The translations under genes and the position numbers were made by a program. DNA of 52,351 nucleotides, filler included, from Sphacelaria rigidula (Eukaryota): assembly GCA_964200075.2 (NCBI GenBank). It is 4 parts of 4 records of this genome, joined end to end, with 100 filler letters (N's around TTAATTAATTAA, not from the genome) between each part and the next. Parts side by side here need not be neighbours in the genome. Positions count along the whole stretch, not along the records: positions 39,340 to 52,351 come from CAXNAA020003231.1; 3 more parts are not named here. One strand, given 5' to 3'. The notes under the pieces are model-generated. The model had not been told where the DNA came from. It saw only the letters and a list, made by a program, of their open reading frames with translations, and searched no databases. Shown here piece after piece: positions 39,340-51,599 of this stretch (the stretch's first letter is position 1; the number at the start of each line of letters is the position of its first letter).

Positions 39340-40407
39340 TTCCCTCCACGACTTTCTTCCTATTTCGTACCTTTCTTAGGCAAAAACCGAGAAGGTAAAC
39401 CTTTCCTAGGCCATTGCGCTTATTTATTTATTTTACGGGGGGGTGGGGGTGGTAGACAGCACATCGTCCCACCGCCCATCACTCCACCACCCACGACACT
39501 CCACACACACACAGCCACTTGCTGCAAACCACACCGATCTGCAACATGAGCCGCCTTTAGACTTTCGGCTTTATAAAGGGCGGTAGCGCAGAGTCTGCGA
39601 TCGACTTTTCTGCCGAACCGTCTATATCTGTGTCTGCTACGGCGGCGGCTGTAGCACCAGTGGCCGCCCCAGTGCACTTTACCAAGAGTGGAGAGAGTGG
39701 GCATGCAAAGTTACCCGCGAAGGTAGCAGATCCTCTAGACTTCCCACACAACCCATCCCTGCAAGCCCACGTGTTCTAGTACGGGAAATGGAGACGTTCG
39801 GTCGAGAGGAAATCAGCTCTCATCATATCCAGTTTTTTCTACAAGCTTTGGAATTCTATTGCTCTGGCGTTTGGGTGTCTGGAGAGAGTATACCTTGTTG
39901 TGTAGCCGACAATGAAAAGAAATGGTCCTGCTGCCGACTTATCCCTTGTTTGGTGTAGAGAAAAGAAAAAGTGAGCGCGCATTTGCACTCATTATTTTTC
40001 ACCCAGTTTCGACGTTTGGCGCAGTTACTGAGTAAGGAGTGCGTTCGCACTTCGCACTTCGCAGAGCCAAGGTAAATGCTCCAATTCGATAGAAACATGA
40101 CGGAATAGTGACCGCGGAATATACTTTGGTATATCACTGACTTCAACAACATACTTTTCATCGTGCATCACACCTCGAGTTGTGATCAACGACCTCTTTT
40201 GCGACTTGCCCCTTGCATGAACCATTTTCGTCAAACCGAAGCATCACGCCGCGTGTTGTGTCGCCAATTCTATGATATCAGATAACAAATCACAAACCAC
40301 ACTGATGCTGCTGTACCTTCATACAATCAGGCGTGCACTCCGGGTTAGGTTGCTAGTGTCAGTGTAGTACCGTGAAGTCTTGCAAGCTGTGACCCCACCA
40401 AAACAGC

Positions 40408-40551
40408 CGTACCATATCGAGTATCAGAGTCGAGTATCGATACGTTTCGGCCCATGTTCCGCGTATCGAAAAAAATATCGATATCGACGTCTCGAGACCG
40501 ATACGTTGAAATATCGTATCGAACTTTGCTTTCCGTTCGATATTCAACACT
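40408..40551. repeat. ATCGA/TCGAT-rich repeat, probably a DNA-transposon subterminal region
   Basis: Dense tatcga/tcgata/cgatac motifs in both orientations. Confidence 0.5.
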
Positions 40552-40824
40552 GACTGACTGTAACCGTAAGTGCGATTTCAGCCGGGTTCTTTTCGTTGAT
40601 TCCGCCGCACATGCCACCCCAACTCTCTACACTTCGCAGCTGACTACAGTTTGATATTTCGTTCGATGAGAACGTGTCAGATCGCAGTGCTACGTGGGGT
40701 TGAAGACGCGCGTTGATTTGTAGATTACCACGATGTGTCATAGTAGGCACAACTCGCGAGATATCGTCTGTTAGAACCGGCTGAAGGAAAGTCCGCTTCT
40801 TAGGCAGCCCAGCCTGTAACACTA

Positions 40825-40827
<3 letters not shown>

Positions 40828-40867
<40 letters not shown>
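40828..40867. repeat. (TA)n microsatellite
   Basis: About 20 TA units. Confidence 0.92.
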
Positions 40868-40869
<2 letters not shown>

Positions 40870-41768
40870 GTCACGCAAAGCCGGCGATTCGCCCAAGGGC
40901 GTCGACAGATAACTCGTCATACATTTCATGCACCCGAGGGCACACCGCACGAGGCATCAAACACATTCATGGTGCACACAAGGGACGATTCATTACTGCC
41001 TCCTAGTGGAGGAGAAAATCTCCACGGTAACAGATATACGCATGCAATGTATGTACAGCAAACGTGTCTCCAAATTACCAAACAGACTCAATCGAAACGC
41101 AAAATCATCATCATGTTCGTACCGCTTCCGGTGCTGAGCCCTCCTTCGAACTGTTGCAATGGAAGTGTGAATCTTCAAAGTCAGAGAAGTTGGAGGAAAT
41201 ATTCAACCTCAAGAGGGAAGTCGAAAAGTACGGAATATATGCCCCTTTTTCGGCCACTCCTCATCAGGGCAGCTGGTTCGTTTTTCTTCTACTTTCCCCA
41301 AAAATATGGTGCTTTTCCGGCTTTCCACCCAAATACTCCGACATAAGATTTCGGAGAAATCGATAGTCTTACTGTGATCTATTGCCTCACTTGGATGAGA
41401 AATCCATCATCAGGTTTTCGGAGATTTGTTCGTATCCCGAAATTTTGGGAAATATTCCACAAACAATATCCTCACAGCTGTGAGAGGCTCACCGCTGTGC
41501 CTCCAGAGGGCCGGTCACAAGAGTGTCCAAAAACGATGTGGAACCATTATTGCGAAAACAGAAAACTATCCGCTAGCATTCGAGCCCCCCAACTCCGCTC
41601 TGACGAGTTTGTGAGGTTCAACAGTTCAACCACATGGGCAAGGCGGCAAAATTATGTGCCCCCCCATCCCACGAACGTAACACGCATAGCTCAAAACACG
41701 GCACGAAGCGTGAGGTGCACGCCTTTATGCCTATACTCGGGCAACAAAAAACCTCCGGCGTCGCGGTG

Positions 41769-44070
41769 TCATCTACTGTTCATCGAACTCTGAGAAGGAC
41801 CAGACGTTTCCAGCTCCAACTTCACGTTTGAACCCTCCCCTGTCTCGTCAACGTCTACACTGACACACGTGTTCACGCGTCCAGGTACCATTACCGGCGA
41901 ACCACAGAGCAACCCCATACTCCTACCGTCACTGCTGATCAAGCTACGACCACCACCTTCTCTGCTCCGACCAGTCGAAGGGGCACTCTGATGGCAACAC
42001 TCCCTCACCCCATCGCGACCATGTGTAGGAGAAGAAACTGCAAGCTCTGCTTTCATTCCTGCCCCTGCTCCTGCCCCCCAAGAAACCCCACCATCATCCC
42101 TCGAAGGTGCGTATCCCGAGAACGACGATATTTTTACATCCTGCCTGAGACGAAGGCATACGCTACGGGGAGCACCATCACCGTCGTTTGCGGCAGCAGC
42201 GGATAGTACTGTGCACTTCCGCTTCGTTTCTCGTACATGCGCAATGTTTCCTTCACTATTCTCCGTCGGCCTACGGTCGGGTGTGCCCGCGCCAGTGTTG
42301 AGCTTGGCGGTGTTCGACATTCCAGCTGTGTTGTGTGCAGGAGCATGCTGTCGGCGAAACATGGCCTCATCAGAGTTGTGCTTCTTGTTGATAGCCCATT
42401 GGGAGAACCCATCTTCACTACACCTCCCGTCGACCACATCTACTATTCCCGTCGTGGCATGCTTCGAGCAGAGCCGTGCCTTTGTGCTCTCCGCTACACC
42501 ACACGACGGCCGCGAGGAGCAGCTCTCGTGGCCGCATCGCTTGCTCCTCACATGCACCATTCCCGCTTTGGTATGCTTGGAACAGAACTGCATTTTTTTC
42601 CCCGCCTCGCCATATGATGCATGAGTAGAACAGCCCTCGTAGCCGCACCTCTTGCTCACCACATCCACCATTCCCGCCGTGGCATGCTTCGAGCAGAACT
42701 GCGCAGTTTTACTTCCCGCTACACCATAGGACGGCCGCGTGAAGCAGCCCTCGTAGCCGCACCTCTTGCTCACCACATCCACCATTCCCGCCGTGACATG
42801 CCTCGAGCAGAACTGCGCCTTTGCGCTCCCCGCTACACCATACAAGGCCCGTGTGGTGCAGCCCTCGTGGCCGCACCTTTTGATCCTCACATACACCATT
42901 CCCGTCGGGGCATGCTTGCAGCAGAACTGCGCATATGTGCTCCCCGCTACACCATACGACGGCCACTTGGAGCAGCCCTCGTGACCGCACCTCTTGCTCC
43001 TCACATGCACCATTCCCGCCGTGGCATGCTTGGAGCAGAACTGCGCAATTTTGCTTCCCGCCTCACCATACGACGGATGAAGACGGCAGCCCTCGTAGCC
43101 GCACCTCTTGCTTCTCACATTCACCATTCCCGCCGTGGCATGCCTCGAGCAGAACTGTACACTTGTGCTTCCCGCTACACCATACGACGGCTGCCTCGAG
43201 CAGTCGCCGTAGTCGCACGTCTTGATCCTCACATGCACCATTCCCGCCGTGGCATGCTTGGAGCAGAACTGCGCCTTCTTGCTCCCCGATACACCATACG
43301 ACGGATGAGTATGGCAGCCCTCCTGACCACACCTCTCGTTCGTCACATTGACCATTCCGGCCATGGCATGCTTGGAGCAGAACCGAGCTGTTTTGCTCCC
43401 CGCCACACCATACGACGGATGAGTAGAGCAGCCCTCCTGGCCGCACCTCTTGCCTTTCACATACACCATTTCCGCCGGGGCATGCTTGGAGCAGAACAGC
43501 GCATTTTTACTCCCCGCTACACCATACGACGGCCACTTGGAGCAGCCCTCCTGACCGCACCTCTTGCTAATAATTTGCACCATTCCCACCGTGGCATGCT
43601 TAGGAGCAGAACCGAACCTTTTTGCTCCCCGCTACACCATACGACGGATGAGTTAGGCAGCTCGCGTAGCAGCACCTCTTGCTCACCACGCTCACCATTC
43701 CCGCCATGGCATGTTTCGAGCAGAATTGCGCAGTTTTACTTTCCGCCACACCATACGACGGTTGCGTGGAGCAGCTATCGTAGCCGCACCTCTTGCTCCT
43801 CACACGCACCATTCCTTCTGCGGCATGCCTTGAGCAGAACTGCGCCTTCTTACTTCCCGCCACACCATACCACGGCCGCGTGGAGCAGCCCTCGTGGCCG
43901 CACCTCTTGCTCACGACATTCACCATTCCTGCCGTGGCATGCTGAGAGCACAAGTCCGGCATGGAGCCGTGTAAACCGTGAGATGGCTTCGAGCAGCCCT
44001 TGTTGAGGCACGTTTCCTCGCGACCTCGGCCATTAGCTCCTTCGCGTGGGGCTTCTTCGGAAACCAACTG
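41769..44070 (-). CDS. EsV-1-7 repeat (Cys/His zinc-finger-like) protein, 14 repeats plus 1 degenerate, with a low-complexity C-terminal tail; split by a 1-bp insertion at 43602 (pseudogene or sequencing error)
   Basis: 114-bp/38-aa tandem unit KRCGxEGCxxxPSYGVAGSKxAQFCSKHAxAGMVxVxS (C-x4-C-x16-C-x2-H), the motif of Ectocarpus siliculosus virus EsV-1-7 and of brown algal IMM-like proteins. ORFs 44085-43600 and 43589-41769 join into one frame if base 43602 is removed. The 5' end is uncertain: an acceptor at ~44071 or the ATG at 44033. Confidence 0.9.
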
Positions 44071-44359
44071 CTGACAGTAGCACAAATGCGAATACGGCGG
44101 AAAACAGTTCTTGAATCATGATCGAGAACGAGTTGAAGATTTTCAGATGACGACTGACTTCGTCGTCGTTCAACGTACTCGGGAAAAAAAGCAGCTGCCT
44201 ACACTCAACTAAGACCATGCTTCATGGAGGCTGAGGCCAACAACTACAGCACTACTCGCAAGATGATTCAAGGGAATGGGACGTGCTCTACACTAATGCA
44301 GAAAGATTCGAGAGCGAATGAAGCACTACAGTAGTGGGCGGTCTAACTATTCAGGGGTG

Positions 44360-44535
44360 TCTCGGGGTTTTCCTCGCGTACTACTCTTTGATATAACTTG
44401 AAATTCTAGCGTCGGCAAAGTTTGGTACAATGAATAGATCCTCCTCGAAACACATTGTCCAAGTCAGTGTTAGTTGGTGTTATCGGGCGATACGAGCAAG
44501 TACCCCGTTTATCAGGAGGGTGTTATTGACCGTGA
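44360..44535. repeat. Copy of the ~190-bp unit seen at 12490-13010
   Basis: accccgtttatcaggagggtgttattgaccgt is identical to ~12641-12672. Confidence 0.75.
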
Positions 44536-47500
44536 AACATAGTATTTCGGATCTAGTGTGATGAGTGAGTAGAATTAAAAATAAAAAATCCACATTTTTT
44601 ACAGATATGATCGGGACAGACCCCGGGAAGTTACGAATTCGATATGGATCTTTTATTGGGGATGAAAACCCGGAGAATTAAAATCTTCGTATCCACACCA
44701 AACCTCCGGAGTATGCTTCCATTTCTTCACTTGCTGGTAGCTATTGACTACTAATACACGCCATACAATTCTGGATTTTGATAACCGAAATATCGGGGTA
44801 CTAGGTGAAGAACCAATCTTGGGGGATTCTAGTCGTCTCCCAAACTTTCACAAGAGTTTGTATTTACGAAGCAACTGTTCGTAATCGAAAATGATACGCA
44901 TCAGCTGTGCTGTGCTGAGTCTTGGCCGCCGCTGGTGTTCATGGGCTGCAGTTGTGAACCTTCACATACATCGCCACATACATCGTGGTTGACAGGGTAT
45001 TCATGATGTGAGGTCGGCGCTTGTATGCTGTTCTGGCCATGAATTCAAAGACGAAGAATATTGAGCGTAAGGTGGTGGAGCATCCTGAGCGTCCCGTACA
45101 CCATCCCAACAAGGTTTCGCGATCCTGTGGAAGGGTGCGCAGAGTATTAGGATGACGGATGAGACTCCTGATGGGTGGTCTTGACTACACTGTAGTCGGG
45201 GTTCCGCTATACAAAGTAATACAGCGTAAAGCCATCGACCGATGGGACACGACCATGCGGATCCTTCCATAATATAACTGTCATTTTTCATGGGGTTCAA
45301 TAATGACTAAAACTACCTGACTTGTCCTCTTCACCGTCTGTTTTGAGGCAGAGCATGTGAACGCATCATGAAGCGCTTGCCGACACGGAAATGCATGGCA
45401 CCGCCTCATCTGTTGGTTTGGAGAGGCTGCATGCGATACCGAACCACGACCTGAATCGTGTGGGAGGTGACCGACGAAGATACAGTTATGGTTGACCCAT
45501 CATAAATATAAGACTCCTGCATGTATCATCCGCATCTAAGACGCATTCATTGTTTTATGACCGGAACTGTACAACGTGACTGTGTCATGTTTAGTACGGT
45601 TACATATATCACTGTACGGTACTGTGGTCAGAAGGAGCAACGCGGGCTGTCTGTTCAACAAGCGCGAGACCGAAAATGTGACAACTACCGTGACGCGCTG
45701 TAGTATTGATGGACACGTGGCATTCCATCGGTCGCAATAGCTGTTCAAGCGTGCGCCCTGTCCGTTTCACGAAGCGAGACAGCAACGAAAGGCTTATCCA
45801 TGCCCCATGAACAATCCACATGTACGACAGAACACAATACCATATCCCTGCTCCCGATTCGTCAAATGGAAAATGCCAAGTAATCTGCCAACCGTTGGGA
45901 AAGTTGCTGTAGATTCGCAGGATACCTCCACGTCTGGGGCGTTGTTCTAATCCGGATGATATCTGTTAGCTTCCTCATCTGTCCTGCTTCTGTTTCCGTC
46001 GGCCGCTAGGAATAGAACAGGGATACCTGTCCTGGGAGCTGGACGGCGATACACCCGATCGTTGAAAGCCAGTGTCTCATCTTGTAGTGCCGAATCTAGT
46101 ACGTGCACATGCGCAGAAAAATATCAATATCTGCTGAATCTCAATGCGCGAACGCGCATATGCTGATCTGGTAATACATGAGAACACATATATTACGTCC
46201 GAAGTGTGTTTATATGCATTTTAAACATGTACAACCTGGTGGCCATCGTTCTACGGAGTAAATTGGGTCATGTAGTGTTTGTTCAGGGTAACGTATAGCT
46301 TAAATCTTCTTGCTCTTGTGTCCTACACGCACAAAAGCTCGCATATATCTGATACCGATCGGAAAGGCTGTTTTGCGCCAGAAGAAAAAACAAGAACCAC
46401 AATATGTTAAACTGCCCGCCCAATCTTTGTGAATTTCCATGCTAATGGCATTCGAAAACATTCTTCTATGCCAGAATAAAAAAAGAAGTCAATATGTCAG
46501 AATGCCGGCCCTATATTTGTGAACTCCCGCACTTGGCCCACGAAAATCATTGCACATTTGAATAGAGGCTTTGCTTGAAAATTTCTCGACCGTGGGTAGA
46601 ATCACCACCATGAAAATTGGTCTACCAGTCGGGCATGAGACAGACAGCAAGCATGAGTCGGCGACACGTTCGGACGAGCAGGCAAGCTCAACACAGAAAC
46701 CGTTTGGAATATCGGCAACACCTACGATTTGCCCTCAAATTAACTTTCTCGCAGCCCAGAGCTTGTACACTGCGAGTAAATGCACATCAGGACACGCTGA
46801 TGCACTCACTTCCATATCATCAGCATCTGGGGGGTTGCTATGCTCGCAGGCCATTATTGATATGTACTGGGATACCCTCTGAATAAGGACAATCTGTACA
46901 AATTTATGCCCGGATCGACTGTAGAGGTGCTCAGATCGGGAGGTACGGTCGTACACACGCTGTCGGCGTTGCAACGTGCTGAAAGTTCGGCCACATATAA
47001 TGTAAACCACAGTCAACAAGCCCATCTGCCTCGAACTGGGGTTGCACGTTGCAGCAGTACGCGGCGAGGCGAAAAAAAGTCACGTTTTGTTCCGAAGTAT
47101 TCTATTTTCAATATTTCGGCGTATAACTGTCATGGGGCTGAATGGGGCCCGATTTTGGGCCCTTTATACAGGGAAAATGGACCAACCAACTACAGTCACT
47201 TGAATGCAGAAGAAATGAAACCTAAATGAGCCAATCAGTATCAATCACAAGTACATGCGTCACTCGAAATGACGACGGCGCTCATACGAAATGAAATATT
47301 GCAATAGTACAGTCTACAACCCTGTGACTGACGTTGCTGTGCACCTGTGCACAGGGTTACAACAGGAGGATAGATACTGCTGCTCGTGTGGTTGTTGTGC
47401 CCTTCTTGTTGTAGTATGTTGATGTGCGCATCTTTCAATCCAGATATCTTGACGACGAAGCAGAGGTTTGGACTGCAGTTTGATGCGTGCGTGCGCTTCC

Positions 47501-49079
47501 CACACACCAGAACTATACAGTGGCGCAGCGGCTTTCCGTAACGCATGCCGCGGAGTCCAATTTGATGTGTAGGTACATACAGCCTGCACAGTAAGACAGT
47601 ACGAATGTGGACTGATCTTGCCGACGCCAAAGTCGTGAGCTCAATCACGCCCAACCGTCGTCTTTTTTTCATCATTACCTTTTGCTCGACACTGTTGTTC
47701 AAAAGAACTGTCTGAAACTTGTGGCGGCGGGTCTGGGGAACTACAAGTCGTAGATATTATAATTGTAATGCGCAGCCAATCGCTGATATTGGGCTGCTCA
47801 TCTCCAGCCAAGTGACCTGGGACTGGTAATGGCGGCTACATGGAGAATGACTGCATCTATCGCGAAGGTGAAGAAAAGACGTCGCCAGGACTTCAGATAG
47901 GCCAGAGGCCACACGTGACGCCACCGGCAGGGGGCTGTTTGTAGGTGGTGTCTTCTCAACCTGCGAGCAGAACTGTGGCAGGGGGCTGTTTGTAATGGTT
48001 TCATGTATTGTGCAGTGACTGGGGACCTTCGTTCTTTATACCACTCTCATCTCGATTAGGGTTGAAGCCTACACTCGATATGGAGACTCGCACATACAAA
48101 ATGTCTCGTGATGAATTCATCACAATAGTACTACTAATATGGCTATAATGCTGGTGGTTTGTGCTTCGCCGTGGATTCATCACAACAATTGAATACACTG
48201 TAACCTGTAAGAATTGCCCTAGTCCGCGTTTGCTCATCACAACATCAACTCAAACACTGCCAGTTGAAATAATGCACATCTAAAGCGTCGTCGGCAGCCT
48301 GTGTAAGCCGAAGGTGGGTCGGGAAGTGCATCCCGCATACAACATCACCCAAGACTTACCTCGTTCAGTTTAATGTGAGAAGTCGTGGCCAATAGTTTGC
48401 GCCATGGCTCTTGGGGGTCGCTGCAAATCAAAGACATAAAGACGAATATGTATGGTTGGCGCCCTCCTCACAACAATACTCAAGACTGATGATACCTGTT
48501 GGTAGTCGTTGCCAATTTGGATTGCCGTGCAGCGCCAATGGCCGATATTGTTGTGCCCTTCTCGATTGGGGTAGTTGAGTCCAAGGCGAGAAGTCGACAC
48601 ATGCTTTCGAGAGGCACATGATACTTGGCAACCTCATCACAACAACAAGAGTAGTTGTATTGCGTACGCACCGCGTGAATGCGTATGCTGGAGACCGGCA
48701 TAACACGCGCTTTGAAAAGGCACATTGAGTCGGTAATCCGTGTACTCTATGCTGGAGGTGGAAGGAGAAACTCATTTTTCGATCAACACGCCCCACGATT
48801 CGGCGTCTTCATTTCTCACCAGAGAACCATGAAGCAAACAGAAATGTCGTGGGGGTGTTTCGGGAATTCTCACACAGACCGCTCCCAGCGAGCATGAGTG
48901 AGACAGCAGTCTCCACCGCGCCAGCGGCTGGTGAACAGGCCCTGGTGCCTCAGGGTGAGTTGCCGACCCTTCTGCATTGGGTGACAGCTCCGCTGCCGCA
49001 CCCGTGTTCGCTGCCATGCGTTAGCCCGCTGGTGCAGCTTCTTCGCACTTTGTTGCAAGGCGGTCGACTGCACACAGAT

Positions 49080-49260
49080 AACTGCCGAAGCGCGAGAGAA
49101 GGCAGCTGACGAGGCGGTGAAACCTTCGATGTGACTGTAGTTCCACATAGTAGGCCATGCCCGCTTCTGAGGGTACCGTCCTGATGCTCGCGTTTGGGGC
49201 TGAGCGCGGTGACTTTACCATACTGCAGACCGTGGTGTTTTGCATTTCGTGTACGGCGTG
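49080..49260 (-). mobile_element. Possible decayed BED zinc finger (hAT-type transposase N-terminus)
   Basis: Frameshifted peptides KTPRSAVW*SH and (G/C)LLCGTTVTSK/GFTASSAA resemble the BED consensus SxVWxHF...CxxC...GTSS. Confidence 0.22.
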
Positions 49261-51599
49261 GTCGTCGGAGTTGAGTCTCTGACGTGGCAACTGATGTCGT
49301 CAACTCGTCCAATTTGCTGCTTTTGCATGTTGGTTGACTAGTCATGATTTGGACTATGCTGTACGTCTACTGGTACAATTTCTCTTTTCGTCAAATGTGT
49401 ACACCTCATATGCCTCTTCGTTTGAGCTATGGACATGAAATGGAAAAAGGCCGCGAGTATTTCCACGTTTTCAGCCCAAATCGACATCGGAAAATCCTCA
49501 TCGAGGGATTGGTGGTTGATTGTTGGCTTTCGTACGCGCTATCTTTCGAGCTTGTGACTTGTATCTGGGGGCCCCGAAGTTGTGTGTTACTTTTCATAGT
49601 GTCGCCGTACTCTCTCTCATCCATCAGCCGATTTCTTTCATGTCTGCAGCTCTCTTTTTTTTCCTACTTTCGTTTCATTCGGAGAAGGGGGTGAAGCTGC
49701 TTAATCCTTGGCAGCCAAAGTAGGTCACCTGTTGAATAAGTATCAATCTCACTCGAAAAAATGTATAATGCATGATCTAGATGGACTACCCTGGCGGTCT
49801 ACAGGTTAAGCTTTTTCCTGCTGCGGCTGATGAGCATGACAAAAAAGGGTGAATAAATATTTTCGTGCCGAGGGGGCCGTGTGGTTTTTTCTCGCGTACG
49901 GCCATTTTGGTTTTTGACTGTTTTTCCCGAGTTCAACGAGCAATCTTGGGCCTACATGTTATGATGTAGCAGTGCTTTAGGTGAAAGTCACGGCACTGTA
50001 GAGTAGTCAGTCGTACCGTTCCTCCTCCTCGATGTATTGTTAGTTTTGACAATCATCTTGTACATAGCTCTCGTTGATGAATTGACAGCAATGAGCTTGG
50101 AACTAAAAAAATGGGCCTAGGGATAGGACGCAGTGCTAGAGATACGGCGTAGGGCTAGGTATGAGGGATGGTATACGGCGAATTCCCCAGTAACAATGTT
50201 TTCGTAAGATTGAGAGTCTAACGTTGCTTAGGAGTGACTTGTATTATTTTTTTTGTCGAAACTGACCAATTTCCCATTTTTTGTGTGCTCGCGCCTGTAA
50301 AACTGTCGTGTGCTTACAGCTACACATCGATATCCCATTCAAGGATAATATCAGAGGCTCCAGCGGCGAGCCACTACAGAAAGCGTTTCTGGCCTCGGGT
50401 AAGGCCCGGAGGGACATTTCGGAACTGAAACTCCTCTATTCGTTAATTGACCGCTCCTCACACTCAGTCGTATCCTCAACTCTCCACCTCACGAAAACAT
50501 TACCCTACTCAAATTCCGCACTGTAGAGCTGAGATTTACTGTCGAGTGAAGCCGCAAATGTCGAGGGGTAACCTTCCACCCTACATGCTGCCAGGCGTTG
50601 CTTCTCAGGGTTAGAATAATGAAGCGGACCTAGCCACGCCGCAGAATGCAACTACGCTGCACAGTGCACCAGTACAGTAGAGTGGTACATGCAGCAAGAA
50701 GAAGCAAGGACCGATCTCAGTACCCTGCTCTCGACTGTGATCACCACCAAGTCCTCTTTGGCCAGCAGGATGGGTTGTACGGTCAAACGAGCTCACCGCG
50801 ATGGTTCCATCATCACAGGTTCATCCTCGTTGTGTGAAAAAAAAGTCACCTCGACGCGTAGTAATGCTTGGCATTGTCTACCGACAGTACAGTAGAGTAG
50901 TACAACATTAGTCCTCACCGAGCTTGATGCTCCCTCTCCAACCCTAACTGCTACGAGCTACACGTTGGGCAGCAGAAAGCACGTGGGCGCAGGTATGTGG
51001 ATGTGTGGGTTGGTGTGTGAGAGGGTGCTTTCGGAAGTGGATGTGTTCGACAGATCAAACAAATCAGGACAGCAGAACAATACACAGAACGTAAGCGGTA
51101 CACCTACACCTCTTCGTGTACAACTGAGTTATGCCGTACAACTTACAGTGTTGTTCCTTCTCAATCATATGGAGGCGGTGTTTTGAAAAGTTATGCGTCG
51201 AGATAATCCGCACCTCGCTTGCGATGACGCCGACACTTGGATGATGCGTGGACTGGTACTACAGCAAGGTGTCACAGTCACAGCCGTAGCCGCGCAAGGC
51301 GCTGAGGGCCCCGTTTGGATGAAACGGTGGATACCATGAGTACCAGCTCTTTTTTTCTTTCAACACTTGCTGTCTGGTGACGATTATACAGGGTGCGGTA
51401 TCAGTTGGGCACGCAGGCCGCAACAGATCCTGCCGGCCTCATCATACGTCTTTGCCTAGTGATGGATGAACACTCGGAGAAACCTACAAAAGAATAATCG
51501 TATACGCTCCGTGATATATCTGAGGGTTGGGGACTGAACGTTCCCGGTCTAAGTCGCTCGACGGGTCGAGGTAAAACTCCCCTTCGCGCGACCAGTGGG

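Noticed and set aside
42621-44006. 461-aa plus-strand His-rich repetitive ORF
   Set aside because: It is the antisense shadow of the EsV-1-7 array. Its repeat pattern switches at the 43602 insertion, and the Cys/His motif is on the minus strand.
41769-44085. Integrated phaeovirus (EsV-1-like provirus)
   Set aside because: EsV-1-7 repeats are a large host gene family in brown algae, and no viral core genes or gene-dense intronless block surround this one.
48111-48270. CRISPR-like array
   Set aside because: The repeat core is only ~9-12 bp and degenerate, there are few units, the context is eukaryotic, and there are no cas genes.
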